This document shows, one piece after another, positions 15,767-22,724 of a stretch of 32,000 bases of DNA. Position numbers and translations under genes: made by a program. Positions within the stretch are counted from its first letter, which is position 1. Each line of letters opens with the position of its first letter. The notes below the pieces were generated by a model. The model did not search any database. It was not told the DNA's origin and was given only the letters and a program-made list of their open reading frames with translations. Source of the DNA: Spirillospora sp. CA-142024 (GTDB lineage: Bacteria > Actinomycetota > Actinomycetes > Streptosporangiales > Streptosporangiaceae); assembly GCF_050942325.1 (NCBI RefSeq), contig NZ_CP192077.1, forward strand, positions 8,662,121 through 8,694,120, given 5' to 3'.

Positions 15767-16276
15767 TTAGAGACCAATCTTTCGATATGTTTCAGCCTTA
15801 TAGTAGTGAGCCCCCTTCTTATTGGATACAGCATACGCAGGAGCGTAATTGTCTAGAGCGTATCGAATTATCCTAGGCTGGAACGAAACTGATAGCGTGT
15901 AGTAGTCGTCATCAATAAACCGTTGAGGAATGAAGTTTTCATCAATGAAACGATCCCCATCCAGGTTGGCAATAATTACTGGCAGGTCGAGCTTCGAAAT
16001 AACCTCGACCTCATAATAGAGAAACGACTTTCCGTCTCCCGCCTTCTTCTTCCCCTTCGCACTGCCCAGTATGATGGCTTGTTTCGTGTTAGCCAGCCGC
16101 AGACGAAGGCTTCGCCGGATGGTCTCTGGCAGACTAGTATCCCTTGCCTGTGCAAGATCGTGTGCGTCTAGGAAGTTGAAATCGATGTGCTCGTTATCGC
16201 GCCAGGCTGTCATGAGTCTGTAGTAGTTAATGTCTTCACTGGCGAAGGCTACGTAGGTCTTATTGCGATAACTCAT
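15767..16276 (-). CDS. TIR-like domain protein (DUF1863/ThsB-like)
   Basis: KTYVAFASEDINYYRLMTAWRDNEHIDFNFLDAHDL...TKQAIILGSAKG...YYEVEVISKLDLPVIIANL fits the ThsB/MTH538 TIR-like pattern: beta1 with an acidic loop, a second strand, then a conserved Glu. GGAGGA lies upstream of the ATG. Confidence 0.7.
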   Translation of the reverse strand: MSYRNKTYVAFASEDINYYRLMTAWRDNEHIDFNFLDAHDLAQARDTSLPETIRRSLRLRLANTKQAIILGSAKGKKKAGDGKSFLYYEVEVISKLDLPVIIANLDGDRFIDENFIPQRFIDDDYYTLSVSFQPRIIRYALDNYAPAYAVSNKKGAHYYKAETYRKIGL

Positions 16277-16679
16277 ATCGTCCTCCAGTACTTAAAGACG
16301 CGATGTGCGAAAGTAGTCGCATCGGGATGCCAGCCCCTACATCAGGGTCTGCCCGTTCTCAAGTGTAGGTACGCGTTGCCGCTACGGGCGGGTCACAACG
16401 CCGTGTGACCATATGTGGCCCATCGACCGCCTACTTGCACTGGCAAGCCGCATTGAAGCTAAGCGCGGGTGCCAGCGGGTACTCCTTCGAGGCCGGCGCC
16501 CACCACCGACAATAGGTGTTGATCCACAATCCAACGGACTTCGTTCTTGACTCCGGCTCAATCGCCCAGGATATGGCCACGGCTGTCGGGGCGAAGGCCA
16601 CAAACGCTCTTCTAGCGCTGCGTGAACTAGCTCTTTTAGTTCTTCGGCGGAGGCTCCCGCCCGATATCAGAAGGAACGC

Positions 16680-17636
16680 CTAATCTCTTAGCCAGCGTTC
16701 AATGGCTACAGGAACAGTGGCTTCAATATCGGTGAGATCGAATGTCTCCCGCAGGGTGCCCAATATATCTGCCCGGAGATTACTAAATGCGTTATCGGCT
16801 AGTAGGAGAGCTGGCTTGTTGAGCGCTCGCATGAATCCGTATTCAAGAGCAACGTTTGGATTAAATTCGTTAGCCGCCCTGTCTTCCAGGATGGCAACTC
16901 CACGGCTACAGCAGAGCATGTATACGCAGACATTATTCCAGAGATTTCGATCTGGCATGTAAACCTTATCGTCCGCCCTGACCGGATTATAACCGTGTTC
17001 GCGCAAAGCTTTTCGAATTTCTTGATCTAGCGTGACAAGGAACTTGCTCCCAGCATCAAAGCGTGTCATTAGGAAGACGTTGCGCTCGTATCTCGGGTGA
17101 TCCTTAAAGAAACGTTCGCACTCTTTCGCAAGGAAGTCGTAGCCTGGAGGGAGAGAGAAGTTTCCCATTGTATCGAACCCTCTAACGTAATGCGATTGCC
17201 ATCTAATGGCATAATCGACCTGCAAGCGCAATATAGCTTGCACCTGAGAGGGCAGCAATCCCCAATCCTCTTCGATATTTCGACCTTCAACCTCAGGAAG
17301 GAAGAAGAGGCAGTCCTGCTGCCTCAATTCAAAGTCTCGATACAATGAATCGAGAAGATTGAGGATGGCGTCTGATTCGAGAGAGACCTCGTCAATCGGT
17401 TGAACGTTTTCTGGCAACGATAGCAAGTTGACCCCATTGACCGACGAAATTACGTCAGCCGATCCCTTGTCGCGCAATACGAACAGCCGCACGGAGTCAG
17501 AGGCGCGATAAACTTTGCCGTCGAAACTCTGGATGGGCCAGCGATACAGATCCGCCCTGCGGTCTTCTTCGACTATTCGACGCATCCAATCCCTGAATCC
17601 AAAACACCAATCTATGTTGAAGTGCTCACGAACCAT
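16680..17636 (-). CDS. Hypothetical protein with a C-terminal nucleoside 2-deoxyribosyltransferase/TIR-like Rossmannoid domain
   Basis: The C-terminal 130 aa read VFLMTRFDAGS...LDQEIRKALREHGYNPVRADD...NLWNNVCVYMLCCSRGVAILED...FNPNVALEYGFMRALNKPALLLAD. This reproduces the strand-helix-strand layout and the x-N-V-x-x-E-x-G motif of NDT/TIR-like clades. The N-terminal 185 aa were not recognised. Confidence 0.55.
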   Translation of the reverse strand: MVREHFNIDWCFGFRDWMRRIVEEDRRADLYRWPIQSFDGKVYRASDSVRLFVLRDKGSADVISSVNGVNLLSLPENVQPIDEVSLESDAILNLLDSLYRDFELRQQDCLFFLPEVEGRNIEEDWGLLPSQVQAILRLQVDYAIRWQSHYVRGFDTMGNFSLPPGYDFLAKECERFFKDHPRYERNVFLMTRFDAGSKFLVTLDQEIRKALREHGYNPVRADDKVYMPDRNLWNNVCVYMLCCSRGVAILEDRAANEFNPNVALEYGFMRALNKPALLLADNAFSNLRADILGTLRETFDLTDIEATVPVAIERWLRD

Positions 17637-17717
17637 TATGGTCTCCCGCTCGTTACTGGGGTGGTCCCTGCCACGACATCACTCATGTTAACCAGTAAAC
17701 CCTCGAAGAAACATTAG

Positions 17718-20700
17718 TCAGCAACTGAGCCCTCTCACATATGTAATGGCCTCAACAAGCGCGTCAGGAGAGGCGATGCCAACTGCTGTGAGGAGGTCCG
17801 TAGCCGTCGCGTATACCATTGCCGATGAGATCAGCTGCCGAGCGCGGGCCGCATCAGTTGTTCTGGCGATGGCTTCGAGGGCATATGCAGCCGCCGGAGG
17901 GTTGACAATGGATCCAACGATGGCTTCAGCGCGCTCAACTTGTCCAGCTTCCACCAAGGCGTCGACCACGCTGCTCAACGCGGAAGCCTGACTCTGGGGG
18001 CTGGTGATAGTACGGGCGACGGCTTCAGCCCGTACTAGACTCCCAATTCTCGCCAGCGCGTCGACCACGCTGCTCAACGCATAGGCCCGATTCTGGGGGT
18101 CAGTGATAGCGCGGGCAACATTCTCGGCTTCGGTAGCCAACTCAGCAGCCTGCTCAACCTGACCCGCCTTCACCAACGCGTGGACCACAGTGCTCAGCGC
18201 GTTTGCCTGGTTCTGGAGGTCGGTGATGGTCCGGGCGACAGCTTCAGCCCGTCCAAGACTCCCCATGCTCACCAGCGCCCAAACAACGTTACTCAGCGCG
18301 GACCCCTTACTTCGGGGGTCGGCGATAGCGCGGGCAAGGGTCTCGGCTTCGTTGGCTAACTCGGCAGCCTGCTCAACCTCACCTACCTCCGCCAGGGTGC
18401 CGGCCACTCTGCTCATCGCATACACCTGGTTCAGCAGGTCGGTTATGGCGCGGGCAACGGTCTCGGCTTCGTTGGCCAACTCAGCAGCCCGCTCACCCCC
18501 ACCTACCTCCACCAGCGCTTCGACCACACTGCTCAGCGCGTTTGCCTGGTTCTGGGGATCGGTGATGGTCCGGGCAACGGCTTCAGCCCGTTCTAGGCTC
18601 CCCATGCTCGCCACTGTGTCAACCACTCTGCTCAGCGCGTAGGCCCGGTTCTGGGGGTCGGTGATGGTGCGGGCAACGTTTTCCGCTTCGATAGCCAACT
18701 CAGCGGCTGGCTCGGCCCGACCCGCCTTCACCAACGCGTCGACCAGATTGCTCAGCGCATAGGCCTGACTATGGGGGTCGGTGATGGTGCGGGCAACGTT
18801 CTCCGCTTCGGTAGCCAACTCAGCAGCCCGCTCAACCCCACCCACGTCCACCAACGCGCGGGCTACCCTGCTCAGCGCGTAAGCCTGGTTCTGGGGGTCG
18901 GTGATGGTCCGGGCGACAGCTTCAGCCCGTACCAGGCTCCCCATGCTCACGAGCGCGTCGACCACACTGCTCCACGCATAAGCCTGGCCCAAAAGATCGG
19001 GAACGGAATTGGCGACGTTCTCGGCTTCCGTGGCCAACTCAGCAGCCCGCTCAACCCCACCCACGTCCACCAACGCATCGACCACACTGCTCAGCGCGTC
19101 TGCCTGGTTCTGGGGGTCGGTGATGGTCCGGGCGACGGCTTCAGCCCGTTCTAGACTCCCCAAGCTCACCAGCGCCCAAACAATGTGCTTCAGCGCGAAC
19201 GCTTGGTTTCGGGGGTCGGTGATGATCCGGGCAAGGGTCTCGGCTTCGGTAGCCAACTCAGCAGCCCGCTCAACCCCACCCACGTCCACCAACGCGTCGA
19301 CCACACTGCTCAGCGCATACACCTGGTTTCGAGGGTCGGTGATAGTCCGGGCGACGTTCTCCGCTTCGGTAGCCAACTCAGCAGCCCGCTCAACCCCACC
19401 CGCCTTCACCAACGCGCGGGCTATCCTGCTCAGCGCGTAAACCCGACTCTGAGAGTCGGTGATAGTGCGGGCAAGGGTCTCGGCTTCGGTGGCCAACTCA
19501 GCGGCTGGCTCGGTCCGCCCCACCTTCACCAACGCATCGGCCACGCTGCTCAGCGCGTCTGCCTGGTTTCGAGGGTCGGTGATGGTGCGGGCGACGGCTT
19601 CAGCCCGTTCTAGACTCCCGATGGTCACCAGCGCGTCGACCACGATGCTCAGCGCATAGGCCTGACTCAAGAGATTTGGAACGGAATTGGCGATGTTCTC
19701 CGCTTCCGTCGCCAACTCAGCAGCCCGCTCAACCCCACCCGCGTCCACCAACGCGTCGACCACTTTGCCCAGCGCCACTACCTGGTCCGGAGGATCGCTG
19801 AGAGAATGGGCCAATGCGAGGGCACGATTAAGATTTCCTAGACGTGCCCAGGCAGCCGGAAGTCCTACGGGGATGTTGCTGTTGCGTTGGATAAGGCGTT
19901 GCCGGGTCAAAGCAACGTGGAGAGCCGAGACTAAGTCAGGGCTAGGTTGGTCACGAATGTGCTCCAGAACGGTGATAATGTCAGCTATTGCCGCACCGTC
20001 TCCTTTGCTTACATCCAGCATGCGGTCTAAGCGTTCTTGATCTGCAACCAGTGCCCGCATGCGCGACAAGTCACCGATTTTGTGAAGCTGTTGAAGGTAT
20101 CCGCGGAGCAAATATTCCGGTGTACCTTTGGGCCAGCCAGAACCTCGATAGCGCTCTGCCCAGGCATGGATCCGCTCCCACCATGCTTGGGTCTCCACTT
20201 GGCGGAGGGATCGCAAAACACTCTGCACGAGTTCCTCATGAGCCAGCACGAGGAGTTCATCGCCATTGTCGGCCCACCGTGGGGCACGGCAAGTAAATGA
20301 TCGGCCCGTGACGGCATGAAGGATCCGTTCCACCTCCCCCACCGGCTCACCTGTCAACTCCGCCAAGTCCCGGCCTGATAGGCCACCTCCCGCCGTTACC
20401 AGCAGGCCAAGCAGGTCACGCCCTACCCCGCCGCCATCCAAGAGGTCTGACAACTCGCGCTCGGCTGCGGCTCGGAACGCCACCGCCCAATCAGAAGGCC
20501 GCAATGCACGGACGATTCCCTGCTTCTGGAGCGGATGCCAGTCCGGCACGTCCCCCGGTACAGGCGGGTTCGGACGGCCTGACACCACGACGCGCACCCC
20601 TTCAGGGGGCCGACCGGGCAACAAAGCGGCGATGCTGTGAGCATCCCTGCTACGTCGCACGCCCCGGTCCTCGTCCAATCCATCGACCACGAGCACCAGC

Positions 20701-21212
20701 CGGTATCCGTCCGCCGCGCACTTGCCCGCAGCCTCCTCCAGCAGTTGCAAGAACCACTGCTGGCGATTCGACTCAGTCAACACATCCGGCAGCGCTTGAC
20801 CTGTTAGTTCCGCCAATTGCTCCAACACCGCTGCCAAAAATGCGGACCGGTCGCTCTGGCCCGCAAGCCGCGCAGTGATAAAAAAGGACACCACACGGAC
20901 CCTTGCCGGCGGATTCTGCACAAAAGACGCCATCAACGCCGACTTGCCAGCCCATGCCGGAGCTTGCCACCACACATAATCCGGACCTTCCGGGCATGTG
21001 CAGAACTCTGCCAACTCTTCAAGCTCCGCCCGGCGATCCTTCAGCTCACCGGAGAAAATCTGCTCAACCTGCCGCGCATACGCCGAGCGGAAAGGACCTG
21101 TCGCTCGCATTCCGTAATAATTGTTCTGAATGCCAGTATTAACATTCGCGCCATCACCACCCGACGCGCGCCCCGACCGGCGAACCCAACCCCACCAAGG
21201 TCGACTCGTCAA
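17718..21212 (-). CDS. NACHT-type STAND NTPase (bacterial NLR-like) with a C-terminal array of about 18 alpha-helical repeats
   Basis: Walker A WWQAPAWAGKSALMASF. NACHT-like Walker B RLVLVVDGLDED. A helical/winged-helix region is followed by repeats of the form ERAAELATEAENVARTITDPxNQxYALSxVVDALVxxGxx. The start overlaps the stop of the upstream small gene. Confidence 0.85.
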   Translation of the reverse strand: MTSRPWWGWVRRSGRASGGDGANVNTGIQNNYYGMRATGPFRSAYARQVEQIFSGELKDRRAELEELAEFCTCPEGPDYVWWQAPAWAGKSALMASFVQNPPARVRVVSFFITARLAGQSDRSAFLAAVLEQLAELTGQALPDVLTESNRQQWFLQLLEEAAGKCAADGYRLVLVVDGLDEDRGVRRSRDAHSIAALLPGRPPEGVRVVVSGRPNPPVPGDVPDWHPLQKQGIVRALRPSDWAVAFRAAAERELSDLLDGGGVGRDLLGLLVTAGGGLSGRDLAELTGEPVGEVERILHAVTGRSFTCRAPRWADNGDELLVLAHEELVQSVLRSLRQVETQAWWERIHAWAERYRGSGWPKGTPEYLLRGYLQQLHKIGDLSRMRALVADQERLDRMLDVSKGDGAAIADIITVLEHIRDQPSPDLVSALHVALTRQRLIQRNSNIPVGLPAAWARLGNLNRALALAHSLSDPPDQVVALGKVVDALVDAGGVERAAELATEAENIANSVPNLLSQAYALSIVVDALVTIGSLERAEAVARTITDPRNQADALSSVADALVKVGRTEPAAELATEAETLARTITDSQSRVYALSRIARALVKAGGVERAAELATEAENVARTITDPRNQVYALSSVVDALVDVGGVERAAELATEAETLARIITDPRNQAFALKHIVWALVSLGSLERAEAVARTITDPQNQADALSSVVDALVDVGGVERAAELATEAENVANSVPDLLGQAYAWSSVVDALVSMGSLVRAEAVARTITDPQNQAYALSRVARALVDVGGVERAAELATEAENVARTITDPHSQAYALSNLVDALVKAGRAEPAAELAIEAENVARTITDPQNRAYALSRVVDTVASMGSLERAEAVARTITDPQNQANALSSVVEALVEVGGGERAAELANEAETVARAITDLLNQVYAMSRVAGTLAEVGEVEQAAELANEAETLARAIADPRSKGSALSNVVWALVSMGSLGRAEAVARTITDLQNQANALSTVVHALVKAGQVEQAAELATEAENVARAITDPQNRAYALSSVVDALARIGSLVRAEAVARTITSPQSQASALSSVVDALVEAGQVERAEAIVGSIVNPPAAAYALEAIARTTDAARARQLISSAMVYATATDLLTAVGIASPDALVEAITYVRGLSC
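17940..19835 (-). repeat. In-frame tandem coding repeats (alternating 99-nt and 120-nt units) inside the STAND gene
   Basis: The 44-nt string gccaactcagcagcccgctcaaccccacccacgtccaccaacgc occurs identically at 18814-18857, 19033-19076 and 19252-19295. Many further near-identical units are visible. They translate to 33- and 40-aa repeats. Confidence 0.85.
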
Positions 21213-21553
21213 CGCGACTCCACCCCGCTATTGGCATCCCCGCCCTCAGCATCGCCCGTGCGATCCACCCGGACGCCATCGGGCACCGAACCACCCACCG
21301 AGAGCCCTGTGTTCGCCCTCCCCCCAGGCCCCGCCGTCGCCTTCCCCGTCCGAGACACACGCACACTTGAGAGGCCTCCCGCGACCACCGGCCAGGCCGC
21401 CCACACCGCCACCCCCACCGCAGCAACCCCCGCCAAGGCCGAGGCACTAGTCGCAATCTTGTTGGCGTCGTCCCATTTCAACACCAGGAACAACACCACC
21501 AACACCGCTACCACGACACCCGACACAACCAGCGCGACCCGCCCACCATGCAT
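21209..21553 (-). CDS. Small 2-TM protein with a Gly/Asn-rich C-terminal tail (candidate membrane effector partner of the STAND NTPase)
   Basis: GAGGGAAG lies 8 nt upstream of the ATG at 21553. Hydrophobic helices VALVVSGVVVAVLVVLFLVL and ALAGVAAVGVAVWAAWPVVAGG. The tail is VSRTGKATAGPGGRANTGLSVGGSVPDGVRVDRTGDAEGGDANSGVESR. The stop overlaps the NTPase start. Confidence 0.65.
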   Translation of the reverse strand: MHGGRVALVVSGVVVAVLVVLFLVLKWDDANKIATSASALAGVAAVGVAVWAAWPVVAGGLSSVRVSRTGKATAGPGGRANTGLSVGGSVPDGVRVDRTGDAEGGDANSGVESR

Positions 21554-21837
21554 TCCGACATCTTCCCTCAAGATCACCAATATTGCCGAGGGCTGGAACA
21601 TAAGACCGAACTAGGTCAACGGTCTCAGCAGTGACAAGAAGCGATCTCCGACGGACGGTCGGCGCCTGGATCCTCCCATGAGATCTGTCCAGGTTGCTCG
21701 GCAGTTGGGCCTGCGATCGCCGTTGCCTGACTGAAGTCAGCTCAGGTATTGGGGCGATCGGTGACACGGAGTTCACCGTGCGCAGCCCGATCATCGTCGC
21801 GCTGTCCACTGGTCCCTGTCGACGATTAGCAGAAAGG

Positions 21838-22680
21838 TCAGGTAGCGGTCTCGTCGGAGGCACGGTTGTACGTAGCTTCGTGTTGTTGGCGGGGGGAGCA
21901 GACTGAGGCTGAGGGGCAGGAGCAGCGGCCGCCGCTGTTGAGGCGGACTGTGACCTTGTCCGCGGGGACGTTGCGTCCTACCACCTGGCCTGGGCCGTTC
22001 GGGGTGTCCACGCGGGATCCCAGCTTCGGCATGCTGTCGTGCGCCTTGACATACAACGGGTGCTCGTACTTGAGGCAGCACATCAGGCGGCCGCAGGCGC
22101 CTGCTATGCGGAGGGGGTTGACTGGGAGGTCCTGTTCCTTCGCCATGCGGACGGAGACGGGCTCGAAGTCCTTCAGGAAGGTGGCGCAGCACAGGTCCCG
22201 GCCGCAGGGGCCTATGCCGCCCTGGAGGCGGGCCTCGTCGCGGGGGCCGACCTGGCGGAGTTCGACGCGGGCCTTGATGCCGCGGGCCAGGTCGCGGACG
22301 AGGGCGCGGAAGTCGACCCGGTGCGGGGCGGTGAAGTAGATCTTGAAGACGTTGTCGGCGTCGAGGTAGTCGACGCCGATGACCTTCATCGGGAGCTCGT
22401 GCTTGCGGATCAGGCGCTTGGCGATGGAGCGGCCCTCGGCGCGGCGGCGGCGGTTGGCCTCGTCGCGGGCGAGGTGCTCGTCGGTGGCGGGGCCGGCGCA
22501 TTCGGGGAGGCCGCCGATGTCGTCGGAGACCCACTGCGGCGCCCACACGCACTCGGCGACCTCGGGCCCGGAGTCGGTCGGGACGAGGACCCTGTCGCCG
22601 ACCTTGGGGCTGTGCGGGCCGGGGTCGAGGTAATAGAGCCGACCGTAACGGGTGAAGCTGACGGCCATCACCATGCCCAC
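21838..22680 (-). CDS. PSP1 C-terminal domain protein (YaaT/RicT-like)
   Basis: MAVSFTRYGRLYYLDPGPHSPKVGDRVLVPTDSGPEVAECVWAPQWV... and ...GACGRLMCCLKYEHPLY are typical of PSP1/stage 0 sporulation YaaT homologues. The start is GTG 22680 or ATG 22674/22668, after GGAG. The last 13 codons lie beyond the repeat on the element side. Confidence 0.85.
   Translation of the reverse strand: MGMVMAVSFTRYGRLYYLDPGPHSPKVGDRVLVPTDSGPEVAECVWAPQWVSDDIGGLPECAGPATDEHLARDEANRRRRAEGRSIAKRLIRKHELPMKVIGVDYLDADNVFKIYFTAPHRVDFRALVRDLARGIKARVELRQVGPRDEARLQGGIGPCGRDLCCATFLKDFEPVSVRMAKEQDLPVNPLRIAGACGRLMCCLKYEHPLYVKAHDSMPKLGSRVDTPNGPGQVVGRNVPADKVTVRLNSGGRCSCPSASVCSPRQQHEATYNRASDETAT
21878..21929. repeat. Right copy of the 52-bp direct repeat (candidate attR core)
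   Basis: Matches 1628-1679 at 51 of 52 positions. It lies inside the codons for RCSCPSASVCSPRQQH of the PSP1-domain gene. Confidence 0.75.
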
Positions 22681-22724
22681 AGTTTCGCTCCATTCGCCCG
22701 ATTCCGTGGGACCCACTCTAGGTC

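Larger units (their letters stand above)
1628..21929. mobile_element. Integrated AICE-like integrative conjugative element (about 20.3 kb) inserted in the 3' end of a PSP1-domain gene
   Basis: Flanking 52-bp direct repeats, with a large serine recombinase immediately inside the left end. It carries an FtsK/SpoIIIE translocase, a DUF2637-like protein and small membrane proteins, GntR regulators, and compositionally foreign cargo. The flanks are ordinary housekeeping genes. Confidence 0.7.

Noticed and set aside
16277-16679. 400-bp non-coding spacer, checked for a gene remnant, tRNA or att-like repeat
   Set aside because: Only a short 7-bp-stem hairpin (16391-16410) and a weak GC stem near 16645 were seen. 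There is no cloverleaf-like structure, no similarity to the 52-bp repeat and no convincing coding frame. A database search might still identify a remnant.
18190-19659. Series of 120-150-aa plus-strand ORFs (18190-18642, 18771-19154, 19009-19440, 19185-19613, 19459-19659)
   Set aside because: They are antisense reading frames kept open by the periodic repeat sequence of the STAND gene. Their products are Ser/Ala/Thr-rich and mirror the repeat period.
17940-19835. Regular repeats that could be mistaken for a CRISPR array or satellite
   Set aside because: The units are 99 and 120 nt, directly abutting with no unique spacers. They are in frame within a long ORF and translate to a coherent helical repeat protein.
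21727-21740. Near-palindrome ctgactgaagtcag upstream of the small TM gene
   Set aside because: It is too short and isolated to be distinguished from chance, and it is not adjacent to the repeat that marks the element end.
21791-22693. 300-aa ORF and several plus-strand ORFs (21866-22339, 22039-22896) overlapping the PSP1 gene
   Set aside because: They are alternative frames of the PSP1-domain gene region with Arg/Pro-rich products. The 21838-22680 frame gives the recognisable PSP1 sequence.
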